DNA from: an uncultured Chloroflexia bacterium
GTDB lineage: Bacteria; Chloroflexota; Limnocylindria; Limnocylindrales; CSP1-4
DNA: 64,000 nucleotides
Direction of reading: 5' to 3'
NCBI GenBank assembly: GCA_963697275.1
Contig: CAVONF010000003.1
Span: forward strand, 607 to 64,606
Of the stretch, positions 17,646-27,657 are shown piece by piece. Under the pieces are notes generated by a model that was not told the origin of the DNA, did no database searches, and was given only the letters and a program-made list of their open reading frames with translations. Within the stretch, counting starts at the first letter, position 1, and each line of letters starts with the position of its first letter. Position numbers and translations under genes: made by a program.

Positions 17646-19321
17646 CCGAGCAGCGCCAGGTCGACCGTGGCGAGCGCATCGACCGCTATGGCGAGATCGC
17701 CGGCATCCTCATGGACGAGCGGCTGTACGAGCTGCTCACGCCAGGCACGCTCGATCGGCTGTTCGTCGGCCCTGCGGCCAAGGCCCGGCCGGTCGAGGAT
17801 GACCCCATCGAGGCCCGTGTGCGGCGCGCGCTCGAGCGACTCGGCCCCGCCTTCATCAAGGCCGGCCAGCTGGCTGCGACGCGGCGTGACCTCGTCGCGC
17901 CGGCCCTCGTGGCCGAGCTGGAGAAGCTGCAGGACGACGTGCCGGCGGTGCCCTACGAGCAGATCGTCGCACGCATCGAGGCGGAGCTCGGCGCCCCGCC
18001 CGAGGTGGTCTTCGCCACGTTCGAGACCGAGCCGCTCGCGGCTGCGTCGATCGGGCAGGTCCACCGCGCGACGCTGCCCGACGGGCGACGGGTCGTGGTC
18101 AAGGTCCAGCGACCCGGCGTCACCGAGCAGATGGCCGTCGACCTCGACATCATGGAGCGCCAGTCGCGCTCCGCCGGCAAGCGGCTGTCCATCGCGCGCG
18201 ACCTCGACGTGCCCGGCGTGACCGCCCGTTTCCTCGAGGCCCTCCGCTCCGAGCTCGACTACCTGCGCGAGGCCCAGCATATGGAGCTCTTCCGCGAGCG
18301 CTTCGACGAGGGAGGGGAGGTGGCCATCCCCTGGGTCGACTGGGAGCGCACGACGTCACGCGTCCTGACGATGGAAGAGCTCGACGGCATCCCCGGCACG
18401 CGGACCGCCGAGATGGACGCCGCCGGCGTCGACCGAGCGGCCATGGTGCAGGCTGGCGTCAACGCCTACTTCGTGCAGATCTTCGAGATCGGTTCGTTCC
18501 ACTCCGACCCCCACCAGGGCAACCTCTTCGCCATGACCGACGGACGGGTCGGCTTCGTCGATTTCGGTCGCGTCTCCACCATCTCCGACCGCGACCGCGA
18601 GCGGGCCATGGAGCTGGTGAGCGCGCTCATGGACTCCGACGAGGTGCGTGCGACCGAGGTGCTCATCGAGACCACGCGGGCCGACCCCTCCGTCGACCGG
18701 GCGGCGCTGCAGGTCGAGGTCGCCGATCTCATCGACGCCTTCACCGCCAAGGGCGCCAACGCCATCGGCCTCGACGGCGTCTTCGAGCGAATGTTCGGCA
18801 TGATCCGCCGCTACGGGCTGCAGATGCCCGACAGCCTGGCCATGCTCTTCATCACCATGGGCACGCTCGAAGGTGTGGCCAGCACGCTCGACCCGGACTT
18901 CGACTTCGTGACCTCGGCCAAGCCGATGGTCGAGCGACTGCTGCCGCAGCGCTGGGGCCGGCAGCGCCTCGAGCGCGCAGCCCGCCGCTCCGGCTTCCGC
19001 TACTTCCGCCTCGTGGAGGACTTCCCCTTCCTGGCCGACCTCGTCCTGCGCCGGGCCGGCAGCGGCGAGTTCAAGGTGGCCGTCCGCCCGACCGAGACCG
19101 ACGAGCTCGTCGACCGTCTCGATGGCATCGTCGACAAGCTGTCGTGGTCGGTCATCCTCGCCGCGCTCATCCTCGGCACGGCCATCCTGCTCTCTCGTAG
19201 CGACACCATCCCCGACTCGCTGATGCTGGTCATCGAGGTGGTCGCCATCCTGGGCCTCGCCACCGTCGGGTGGATGCTGGTCAGCGCCTTCCGGCGAGGC
19301 CGGCGCCGGAAGCGTCGCTAG
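17642..19321 (+). CDS. ABC1/UbiB-family atypical kinase (559 aa, intact)
   Basis: ORF 17642..19321 with AFIKAGQLAATRRDL, AAASIGQVHRA, VKVQRPGV, HSDPHQGN and a C-terminal TM pair. The GTGA start-stop overlaps the upstream gene. Confidence 0.85.
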   Translation: MTEQRQVDRGERIDRYGEIAGILMDERLYELLTPGTLDRLFVGPAAKARPVEDDPIEARVRRALERLGPAFIKAGQLAATRRDLVAPALVAELEKLQDDVPAVPYEQIVARIEAELGAPPEVVFATFETEPLAAASIGQVHRATLPDGRRVVVKVQRPGVTEQMAVDLDIMERQSRSAGKRLSIARDLDVPGVTARFLEALRSELDYLREAQHMELFRERFDEGGEVAIPWVDWERTTSRVLTMEELDGIPGTRTAEMDAAGVDRAAMVQAGVNAYFVQIFEIGSFHSDPHQGNLFAMTDGRVGFVDFGRVSTISDRDRERAMELVSALMDSDEVRATEVLIETTRADPSVDRAALQVEVADLIDAFTAKGANAIGLDGVFERMFGMIRRYGLQMPDSLAMLFITMGTLEGVASTLDPDFDFVTSAKPMVERLLPQRWGRQRLERAARRSGFRYFRLVEDFPFLADLVLRRAGSGEFKVAVRPTETDELVDRLDGIVDKLSWSVILAALILGTAILLSRSDTIPDSLMLVIEVVAILGLATVGWMLVSAFRRGRRRKRR

Positions 19322-20353
19322 CGGGCTGCGCGCAGCAGGCGAGACAGGTCGTCGCGGTGCGGCCGATCCCGGCGACGGGCAAAGGCCCGCGCACGCGTCT
19401 CGCTCGGGGATTCGCCGAAGAGGCGGCGGTACTGGCCCGCGAACTCCCCCTGGTGCGAGATGCCCATCGACAGGAGCAGCTCCAGGATCGTCCGTTCCGG
19501 CCGCGCCGGGTCGAGGAGCGCGTCACGCACGATGGTCACGCGTCGTCGAAGCATGTACTGGTACGGGCTGATGCCCACCGCGTGGCTGAAGGCATAGCGC
19601 AAGGTGCGCGCGGTCACGCCCACTCGCGCCGCCAGTTCCGCGACGGTAAGCATGGGGTCGGGCTCCGCCTCGATGGCAGCCATGGCGCGCCGATAGGTGC
19701 TGTAGAGATACACGCGCGGCGCCGGTGGTGCTGACTGGTCGGCCGAGTCCAGTGCCCTCGAGAGCGTGTCGAGCACGGCTCGTTGATCGGTTCGCGGCAC
19801 CGTGGTGCGTGTCGACCCCGCAGTGACCATGGGCGCCACGAGCCTGGCGAAGGCATCCGCGAGAGCCCGCTGCGGATACACGCCGAACGCTGGCTCCAGC
19901 CAGCGTTCGAGGCCCGCGGAGGCCAGGAGCTCGTCGGGGATGTGCGCTTCCAGCGTGTGTCCGCCCGCCGGGCTGATGATCTCGTACTCGGTCCGTGGCT
20001 GGAGCAGCGCCAGTGACATCGGCTCGAGGCGGCGACCTCGGACCCTGAAGACGTCCCCGCTGCCGGTGGGCAGCACGAGGACGAACGCAGTGACCCCCTC
20101 GTCCTTGACGTAGACCTCGCGCAGCGCCGTCTCGGTCGAGTAGCGGTTGAGCATGATGCCCGGGAGGATCCTGTGTGACCCAGCGGACGTGGAAGTGCCA
20201 ATGATCGAGCGGGACGGCCTCCAGCACCCAGCCAGGGAGGAACGCCCGATACGCCTCGACCTCCCCCAGCTCATGGAGGACCGGCGAGCCGCGCCAGACC
20301 GTCGTGTCGTCGTCCGTGTTCCGTTCTCCGATAGCACCTGGACCGAGTGCCAT
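19318..20353 (-). CDS. AraC-family transcriptional regulator, frameshift near 20165
   Basis: MALGPGAIGE... (ORF 19523..20428 frame) joins ORF 19318..20478. C-terminal HTH: LTVAELAARVGVTARTLRYAFSHAVGISPYQYMLRRR. Confidence 0.75.
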
Positions 20354-20498
20354 CGTATCCTTGCCCCTGCCGCCGCGCCCACCCGAGCGGGCCGTGCCCC
20401 TGCTGCCGGCCGGAGAACCGGCCACCATAGCGGCGGAGCGACGCAGTCAGTCGCTGAGCTCAGATGATGCGAGGACACGCACCTTGACCCTTGACTGG

Positions 20499-21111
20499 AT
20501 GCAGGTGGTGCAGGCCACCGTCTCGGTCTGGACCCTGGTCGGCCCGCTATCGCGCGGTGTCTTCTTCCGCATGCTCACCGAGGGCAAGACCGCCGAGGAG
20601 CGACGCCGGGGTGCCATCACGGTCCTCGTGGCCGTGGCCGCCATCCTCTACACGTCTGCCATCGTCGGCCGCGAGCTGCTCGAGCTGCTTGGTATCAACC
20701 TCGGGGCCTTCGGCATCGCTGGTGGTCTTGTCCTCGCCGCCATGGGTTTCGAGATGCTCTCGGGCCACAACACGAGGGCTCAGGGCGGCGACGACGTCTA
20801 CGCGGAGCCCGAGGAAGACGACGGCTACATCGTGCCTTTCGCCACGCCGTTCATCGCCGGACCTGGAGCGGATCACCGCGGTCATCACCCTATCGGCGCG
20901 GGGTGACGACCTCGGGTCGATCGTGACGGTGCTCATCGCCATCACCATCCCGTTGATCGCGCTGGTCTTCGGCATGTTCAAGTTGGGCAACCTGGACATC
21001 AGCCCCAAGGTCATGAAGATCATCGGGCAAGTGGGCGGCATCTTCATCGCCACCATCGGCATCCAGCTCATCCTTGGCGGCCTGGCCAGCTACATCGAGG
21101 GTCTCAGTTGA
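20499..21111 (+). CDS. MarC/UPF0056 family membrane protein, frameshift near 20868
   Basis: ORF 20304..20906 from MQVVQATVSVW joins ORF 20491..21111 (FIAGPGAITAVITL...IATIGIQLILGG). Confidence 0.7.
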
Positions 21112-21292
21112 TGATCCTCGGCGGGGGCCGCTGTCCCGGCACCCGCCACCTCAGGAGCGCATATGCCATCCCGCGGTCGGGTTCGACCACGGCCCCACGA
21201 CGGGCGATGACCGCGATGGATGGCGGCCGCCAGCAGTCCCCCGGACGGGGCCCCGGCCTTGATCGTGCCCCCAGTAGCGTGACAAGCCGCAG

Positions 21293-22620
21293 ATGAGTGC
21301 GGTGACCGGACCCGCCAGCACCGTCGACACGGAGGACCAGCCTCCGAAGCGGTCCCCGTTCGAGTGGTGGATGGTCTCGAACTTCGCGGTCGGCGCCGGG
21401 TTCGCGGCCTTCGTGGCGCTGCTCATCCCGCCTTACGTCACCGAAGTCACCGGCTCTGCCGCCGACGCCGGCATCGTGATGATGTTCATCAGCCTGGCGG
21501 CGGTCCTGGCGCCGGTGCTGGGGAACTTCGCCGACCGCTACGCGGCCCACCGTCTCGTGCTCACGGGCGGAGTCGCCGGCATGGCCCTGGCCTTCGCGAT
21601 GTATGCGCTGTCGTCGGAGAACAGCGCGGTGCTCGCTCTCGATGCTCTCATCATGGGTGTGTCCATCGCGGCACAGCAGGCCGTGGCGCCGGTCTTCGTC
21701 ATCGCCGCGGGACTCGACCAGGGCACGCAGGCCAAGCGCCTCACGACGCTGAACCTCGTCTACCCCGCTGGCCAGGTCGTCGGCGGCGCGCTGCTTGCGC
21801 GGCTGCCTCGGCGAGCCTCGGCTTCAGCGAGCGCTTCTGGATCGCCGCCGCGTTCATGGGCATCGCCGCGCTCGTGACCTGGTTCGGTAGCGCCGACGCC
21901 GCCAAGCGCATCCAGGCATCCCCGCCACCGAGCAAGGAGCAGGTCGACAGGACGCGGAAGTCGGGCCTGAGCGCGGTGCTCTTCTCCACCTTCGGCATCT
22001 ACCTCGCGATCCTGGTGCTGAGCTCGATCACCAACAACGGCATCAACAACCAGATCGCCAACATTCTGCCCAACGTCTACGGCATCGACGCCACGACCAC
22101 ATCCGCGCTCATCTCGCTGGCGGGCCTCATCAGCCTCGGCTTCTATCTGGCGGCCGGCGCGATGATGGCCCGAACCGGAGCGCTCCCGACCTTCGCGCTC
22201 GGCGCGGTCCTGCGCCTCGTGGGCTCTGCGGGCATGGCCATCCTCGGCCTCGTCGCCAATGCGCCCGTGCTCATCGTGGCCGCCGCGATGCAGGCGCTCT
22301 ACCAGGGCGCACCGTTCATCCGCATGGCCCAGCCGGTGGTGGGTGTGCGCTTCTCGACCTTCGGTGCAGGGGCCGCGGCCGGCTGGGTCATCGGCGCGTC
22401 GGCGGTGGGCTCGGCCATCGGTTCGTTGCTCGGCGGCTGGCTGGGCCAGAACGTCGGCTTCAACGCCATCAACTGGATGGGCGCGATCTCGGCCGCGGCA
22501 GCCATCGCGCTGCTGGTCTTGTATCTGTGGCCGGCCGACAGGCAGGGTGCTGGCAAGGGGGGCACCGGAACGACGGACACCTCGAGCGAGGATCCCCAGG
22601 GTGTGCCGGCGAACACGTGA
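21293..22620 (+). CDS. MFS transporter, frameshift near 21800
   Basis: ORF 21293..21877 joins ORF 21364..22620 with about 12 TM helices. Confidence 0.75.
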
Positions 22621-22680
22621 ATGCGGAGCCGAACGCAAGGCGCCGAGCCCGAGAGGTTCCTTGAGGCGCGACGGAAGGAG

Positions 22681-24375
22681 ATGACGATGTCGAACCCGTA
22701 TACGGTCGAGCGCAGCTGGCCACCTTACTTCCTCGAGCATCGCAAGCTGGTGGCCGAGCGACAGGGCACGTACAAGGCCGGGCCACACCCGGTCTGGACC
22801 GTCCACGTACCCGACGGCTGGATCGGCAACAGCACCATCATCGAGGGCGATGACGGCCTCATCGTCTACGACACCAGCGTGGGCCTGGAGGCTGGACGGG
22901 TCATCGCCGACGAGATCGCCAAGATCAGCGACAAGCCCGTCGTGGCGGTCTTCTACTCGCACCACCACGCCGACCACTTCGGTGGCACCAGCGCGCTCGT
23001 CTCGGAGGAGGACGTCCGCTCCGGCCGCGTCCGGATCTACGCCTGGGAGAACTTCGAGGCCGAGGTGGCGGCCGAGTTCGGCGCCATCATGCCCCGCCAG
23101 GCCGCCGGCGTCGGCTACTACGGCGGCGCCGTGCTGCCGCCCGAGGACCTCCATCATCATGGCATCGCGCTGAGGCTGATCGGCGGGACGAGCGGCTACA
23201 TCCCGCCTACCCACACCTTTGACGCGGACACCGAGCTGACCATCGCCGGGGTGCGCCTGAACGTCTTCTACACGGGTGGCGAGGCCATCAGCGAGTTCGG
23301 TATCCACCTGCCTGACTTCGACATGGTCATCATCGGTGACGAGTTCTTCTACGGACTGCCCAACATCCACTCCATCCGCGGCTCCAAACCGCGAGAGCCG
23401 GAGAACTACATGCGGGCGCTCGATCGCGTCCGCACCCTGGCGCCCGAATGGCTCCTCGGCTCGCACATCATCCCCATCGAGGGCCGGGACACGATCGAGC
23501 GTGTCGTCACGAAGTCCCGCGATGCGGTCCAGTACCTCTGGGACCAGTCGATCCGCCTCATCAACCAGGGCATGACACCGGCGGAGCTGCAGCACGCCTT
23601 GCGGGACCTGCCCGAATGGCTCGTCGAGGCCCCGTACACGACCTCGACCTATGGCACGCCGTTCACCACCGTGCCGGAGTTCTATACCGGCTGGGTCTCT
23701 TGGTTCGACGGTGATGCCACCAACCTGCTTCCGACGCCACGCGGCGAGAAGGCGCGCCGGTTCGTGGCGCTGATGGGCGGCTCGGATCGTGTGCTGGCAG
23801 AGGCTCGGACGGCGCTGCGGGGTGATGACCCCCAGTATGCGGCGGAGCTGGCACAGCTCGTTGTCAGCGCCGACCCCGCGAACGAGGACGCGCGCCTGCT
23901 GAAGGCGGCTGCGCTGCGCGCACGCGGCTACGCCGAGCTCAATCCCATCGCTCGCTCGTGGTACCTCACGGGGGCGCTCGAGCTCGAGGGTGCCTTCGAC
24001 CCCAACCAGGTCGTCGCCCAGGGCATCGCATCGCTGGCGGGGTCGATGCCGCTCGCGGAGGTCGTCCGCAACTGGCGCTATCGGATCGACGCGGCACGCG
24101 CCGGAGCCGAACCCGTCGCCATCGACCTTCGTGTCAGCGACACGGGCGAGTCCTTCCGTCTCCTGCTTCGCAACGGCGTGCTCATCGTCGATGGTGTCGA
24201 CGACGGGGACGCGGACGCGACGATCGGGATGCCCGCGGCGCGTGCGCGCGGCCTCGCCGAGGAGCCGACGCTCGAGGCACCGGATATCGAGGTGAGCGGC
24301 GACCGGGCAGCCGCGGAGCGGTTGATTGACGCCTTCGCCACATCGGCTCCGGACTTCGCCATGCACAGCCGCTGA
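22681..24375 (+). CDS. alkyl/aryl-sulfatase (MBL fold + dimerisation + SCP2-like C-terminus), intact
   Basis: GGAAGGAG then ATG 22681 within ORF 22621..24375, with HHHADHFGG metal motif and ARSWYLTGALELEG. Confidence 0.8.
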   Translation: MTMSNPYTVERSWPPYFLEHRKLVAERQGTYKAGPHPVWTVHVPDGWIGNSTIIEGDDGLIVYDTSVGLEAGRVIADEIAKISDKPVVAVFYSHHHADHFGGTSALVSEEDVRSGRVRIYAWENFEAEVAAEFGAIMPRQAAGVGYYGGAVLPPEDLHHHGIALRLIGGTSGYIPPTHTFDADTELTIAGVRLNVFYTGGEAISEFGIHLPDFDMVIIGDEFFYGLPNIHSIRGSKPREPENYMRALDRVRTLAPEWLLGSHIIPIEGRDTIERVVTKSRDAVQYLWDQSIRLINQGMTPAELQHALRDLPEWLVEAPYTTSTYGTPFTTVPEFYTGWVSWFDGDATNLLPTPRGEKARRFVALMGGSDRVLAEARTALRGDDPQYAAELAQLVVSADPANEDARLLKAAALRARGYAELNPIARSWYLTGALELEGAFDPNQVVAQGIASLAGSMPLAEVVRNWRYRIDAARAGAEPVAIDLRVSDTGESFRLLLRNGVLIVDGVDDGDADATIGMPAARARGLAEEPTLEAPDIEVSGDRAAAERLIDAFATSAPDFAMHSR

Positions 24376-24380
24376 GATAC

Positions 24381-24881
24381 GTGCGCGAAGACGGCAGCGC
24401 CGAGGTCGTCTGGCTGGCCCGTCGAGCAGGGCACGTCTCGAAGAGCGTCAAGGGCCTGCTCATCGGTCTGGCCGCGGTCCTCGGCCTTGAGCTGACCCAG
24501 GATGCCGGCGCAGCGGCCCTGGCGCTGGCAGGAACCGTGATCGCGGTGCTGCTGGGCAACATCTATGGCGATGCCATCCAGCACGAGATCCAGCTGGGAC
24601 GGCGACTGGACCGCCATGCGCTCGCGACCGTGGTCTGGCACTCCGTCGGCGTCGTCGTGGGGGCGCTGCCGGCGTTCCTGCTCCTCGTTGCGGCCTGGCT
24701 GGGCGTCATCGACATGCAGCTGGCTGTCGACCTGGTCGTCTGGAGCGGCATCGGCCTGCTCCTGGTGCTGGGCTACGCCGGCGGCCGCCTGGGTGGCGTC
24801 ACGCAGCGAGGCGCCCTCATCCACGGTGCGTTGCTCGCATCGCTCGGTGTCGTCGTGCTCGCCGTCAAGTCGCTGCACTGA
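24381..24881 (+). CDS. hypothetical 4-TM membrane protein
   Basis: ORF 24381..24881 (GTG start) with good GC3 and hydrophobic helices. Confidence 0.5.
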   Translation: MREDGSAEVVWLARRAGHVSKSVKGLLIGLAAVLGLELTQDAGAAALALAGTVIAVLLGNIYGDAIQHEIQLGRRLDRHALATVVWHSVGVVVGALPAFLLLVAAWLGVIDMQLAVDLVVWSGIGLLLVLGYAGGRLGGVTQRGALIHGALLASLGVVVLAVKSLH

Positions 24882-25070
24882 CGGGCTGACCGCATCGAGC
24901 GATCGGACATCGTCCCTGGCCGTCGAAGTCAAGGCCACGGTGCCGGGTTGGCCAGGGGTCAGCGTAGGGGTCAGGCTTTGCTATTTCCGCCCACGGACGG
25001 CCATACACCGGTCATGTCACGGGTGGAGAGTGGAGCCGACACTTGGGTTGAACCGAGGACCTGCTGTTCA

Positions 25071-25124
25071 CGAAACGGGTAGGAGGCGGGCTGCGATCTC
25101 GATGCTCCTGCCTACCACGTTTCG
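25071..25124. other. long imperfect inverted repeat
   Basis: CGAAACGGGTAGGAGG (25071-25086) pairs with CCTGCCTACCACGTTTCG (25107-25124), giving 7+9 bp stems. It lies just downstream of the minus-strand HTH gene. Confidence 0.5.
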
Positions 25125-25179
25125 CAGGGCGTGCCCGGGCTTCCACGCTGGGCTTCGCCAGATTCCCAACGCATGTGCG

Positions 25180-25446
25180 CTACCTCCCTGCAGGCGATCC
25201 TCGCGGCTGAGAGGCCGCCAGCGGTGTCGCGTCGCTGTAGATGTGCCTCGTGCCCAGCCAGTACGCCGCCTGCGCCGCGTTCACACATCCCGTCCGCCGA
25301 TACAACCCCGACAGGTGCTGACGCACGGTCGTCTCGCTGATGCCGAGCTCGTGCGCCGCGGCAGCCACCGACCCCGCCCGGATGTACGCTCGCAGGACCT
25401 CCAGCTGCCGCCGGGTCGGGTGGTCGCGGCGGAGGGGAGGACGCGC
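25180..25446 (-). CDS. LuxR/GerE-type HTH protein, start codon unresolved
   Basis: Self-translated open frame ...HPTRRQLEVLRAYIRAGSVAAAAHELGISETTVRQHLSGLYRRTGCVNAAQAAYWLG. There is no canonical start between the upstream TGA (25447-25449) and the domain. Confidence 0.5.
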   Translation of the reverse strand, partial: ARPPLRRDHPTRRQLEVLRAYIRAGSVAAAAHELGISETTVRQHLSGLYRRTGCVNAAQAAYWLGTRHIYSDATPLAASQPRGSPAGR

Positions 25447-25486
25447 TCACATGGCCTCCGCGTACCAATCAAGCGTTGTGGCAATT

Positions 25487-25514
25487 GGCGGTTCGAGTCC
25501 GTCCGGGGGCGCCA
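25487..25514 (+). other. tRNA 3' fragment (T-arm + acceptor 3' strand + CCA), att-like
   Basis: GGCGG-TTCGAGT-CCGTC-CGGGGGC-G-CCA fits positions 49-76 of a tRNA exactly. No matching 5' acceptor strand, D-arm or anticodon arm lies upstream. Confidence 0.6.
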
Positions 25515-25603
25515 CCAGCCAACTGCAGGCTCAAGCTCCTCCTGCTCGCCGACGTTTGCCGCGAAGGCCGGACACGAATGGCTGCGGTCGTGCACGACTT
25601 GTG

Positions 25604-25633
25604 TGGACAATGTATACCGCCGCGCTGTATATT
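25604..25633 (+). promoter_or_regulatory. candidate promoter in locally AT-rich spacer
   Basis: TGGACA, 18-nt spacer, TATATT, 33 nt before ATG 25666. Confidence 0.35.
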
Positions 25634-25665
25634 CCATCCTTACTGCTGAAGAGGACGGAGGCCAG

Positions 25666-25917
25666 ATGCTCCCTCACCACGTACCGGACAGCCCCGAGGG
25701 ACGTGACAACCTCGCGATGCTCCGACTCCGCGATGCGATGCCCAAGGGCTGGACCATCGAAGCTCGAGGCCCGATCCTCTATCGGCATGGGGTGGTCAAC
25801 TGGGAGGTCGAGGCGTGCGACACGAACCATGCTCACTGCGAGCGTGGCTACGGGTCCTCGTTGGCCGACGCCGCGGATCGGTGCTGGGAGACCGTGGCAC
25901 GGGCCGATCGCCGCTGA
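25666..25917 (+). CDS. hypothetical small protein (83 aa)
   Basis: GAGGACGGAGG RBS, MLPHHVPDSPEGRDNLAMLRLRDAMPKGWTIEARGP..., tail of ORF 24565..25917. Confidence 0.5.
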   Translation: MLPHHVPDSPEGRDNLAMLRLRDAMPKGWTIEARGPILYRHGVVNWEVEACDTNHAHCERGYGSSLADAADRCWETVARADRR

Positions 25918-25967
25918 CGGCGCCTGGGCTGGGTTGACGGATGGCCCCGTGAAGCACGGGCCTAGCT

Positions 25968-26043
25968 AGCCGCAGGCCCTGCACGTCCGAGGCCAGCTCG
26001 ATAGCGCTGCGGATGACGCCACCCCCCGGGGTGCATGGACCGA
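25968..26043. repeat. repeat family D, copy 2
   Basis: See 7476-7551. Confidence 0.55.
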
Positions 26044-26301
26044 GGTGCGGCTCGTCATGTCGCATGCGCGTTTGGTGCCTAGTCTGCGTCAGTGCCGGAG
26101 TCGTGGGTACTGATTCGTCGCACCACTGTCTAGGGCCGAGCAGCCAACTCCCATCCCAACCACAGGCAGGGGGCACCGAGCGCGACAGCGGCAGCCGCCC
26201 CGAACCTCCTGCTCAGGCCCAGGCCGACCGCCACGAACAGGGTCACCAGGACGACGCAGAGGCCGAGAAGGAGCTGACCGAGGCCCACCTTCGCGAAGGG
26301 G

Positions 26302-26598
26302 TTGGTGAGCCAGCGACGCCGCTATCCGGACGACTGGGTGTACGAGGTCGTCGAAGGTGACGGGCACGACTTCGACTTCGGCGTGGACTACACCGAGTGC
26401 GGGATCGTCAAGTACCTCGCCCGCGAAGGTGCCCCGGAGCTCGCGCCGTACCTGTGCTGGCTCGACTATCCCCAGTTCGCCGCGATGGGCCTGCGGCTCG
26501 ACCGGACCGAGACGCTCGCCCAGGGGGGCCAGCGCTGCGACTTCCGGCTCAGTCGCGGGCAGCCCGTGCAGGTCGAGCCGGAGTTCCTGCACGTCTGA
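26302..26598 (+). pseudogene. C-terminal fragment of a second ATC-hydrolase-family gene
   Basis: ORF 26302..26598 aligns with residues from ...QQRRYPDDWV to the stop of the 11633..12333 gene. The N-terminal two thirds are absent. Confidence 0.7.
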
Positions 26599-26711
26599 CG
26601 GACGTTTCCGCGAAACTCGGCTGCGCGCGCAAGCGGCCACGGGGTCCCCGGGCGCCGATATCGTTCATTCGTGGGTACCCCCGGGGGTCAGCCCGGATCG
26701 CCCCGCTGCGC

Positions 26712-27014
26712 CTATTCGGGTGCCTCGACCTCCTCGTCCGGGTTGGGGTCACTGGCCTCAGCGGCCGCCATGGCCTGCTGATCCTCGGCCGTCACCGGCT
26801 GGGCTTGGACACCGGCCTGCGCCATGGCGGCGTCCAGCTCCTCGGGCTCCATCGCCTCGGGCGACTTGCCCGTCGTCTGCTGGATCTTCTCTGCGTCCTG
26901 CTGGGACATCTTCCGCATCGCTGCCGAGGACCCCACGATCAGCATGCCGCCGACGATCAGCCGTCGTCGCCGTCGCCGTCGGATCATGCGCCGCATCGCC
27001 CGTCGTCTGAACAT
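26712..27014 (-). CDS. hypothetical small protein with Arg-rich N-terminus + one TM segment (100 aa)
   Basis: AGGAGGA RBS then ATG at 27014 within ORF 26712..27065. MFRRRAMRRMIRRRRRRRLIVGGMLIVGSSAA...acidic tail. Confidence 0.55.
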   Translation of the reverse strand: MFRRRAMRRMIRRRRRRRLIVGGMLIVGSSAAMRKMSQQDAEKIQQTTGKSPEAMEPEELDAAMAQAGVQAQPVTAEDQQAMAAAEASDPNPDEEVEAPE

Positions 27015-27214
27015 GTCCCTGTCCTCCTGTGTCCTGCCAGACCGTGGTGGTCGCCGACCGAGCATAGGTCGGTGCCGGGAATCGCGTCGTGGTCCCCGCG
27101 GACTGCTATCTCACACGTGTGGGTACCGGCAGCTCACCGCCGCCGCTGACTGCAAGGCCTGGCGCGCGTAGCAGCACGCGCGCAGGACACTTGGGCGCGC
27201 CGGCGGCGGCTGGC

Positions 27215-27321
27215 CACCGAGAACGAGCGGCGCCGGATAGTCGGCCGCGAACTGGCAGGGCCACAAGATGCTCGAGGACTTCAAGGAGCTCGCCGAGGCC
27301 ACCGTCCCGGCGCACGCCTGA
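27215..27321 (+). pseudogene. C-terminal remnant of an SRPBCC paralog
   Basis: Self-translated ...HKMLEDFKELAEATVPAHA*, versus RNHRKMLADFKALAEAKVPTHA* at the end of 8009..8452. Followed by the family terminator hairpin. Confidence 0.55.
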
Positions 27322-27340
27322 CGGCCGGCGGAGCGATCGA

Positions 27341-27365
27341 GGCCCGTCCCACTCCGGGGTGGGCC
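27341..27365 (+). terminator. conserved cassette terminator hairpin
   Basis: GGCCCGTCCC-ACTCC-GGGGTGGGCC. Confidence 0.5.
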
Positions 27366-27384
27366 TCACGCCACATAGCGACAC

Positions 27385-27457
27385 CACGGGCCCCGGGCGC
27401 GAGCCCGGGGCCTGCCTCCGTCCGGTCGAGTCAGCGGCGCCCTCGGTGGCCCTGTGG
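27385..27457. repeat. repeat family B, copy 2
   Basis: See 762-852. Confidence 0.6.
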
Positions 27458-27657
27458 CGTCCACGGGCCGACCGGCGGCCAGAGCCGCCTGGCGACCGGC
27501 GACGGGGCCGTCCGGGACCTGTCGCGGCCAGCATCGGCACCCGAGGATGCCCACGAGCGGAGGCGAGCGAGGGGCGATGGACCACGAGCAGGCCGCAGGT
27601 ACGGAGTCGGGAACCTGAACGCCCCCGCCCGCGCCTCGGCTCCCGCCGCGCTGGTTC

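Noticed and set aside
21760-24366. Very long minus-strand ORF (868 aa). Similar cases are 44970..46469, 48188..49471, 14527..15537, 6300..7343 and 12688..13938.
   Set aside because: They are antisense or off-frame shadows of clearly recognisable genes in a high-GC genome. Their composition is dominated by R/G/A/P/D with no motifs.
25031-25060. Minus-strand tRNA-like 3' end (…CTCGGTTCAACCCAAGTGTCGGCTCCA).
   Set aside because: The T-loop would be 6 nt with a mismatched stem, and no complementary 5' acceptor strand lies within 100 nt. It is probably coincidental.
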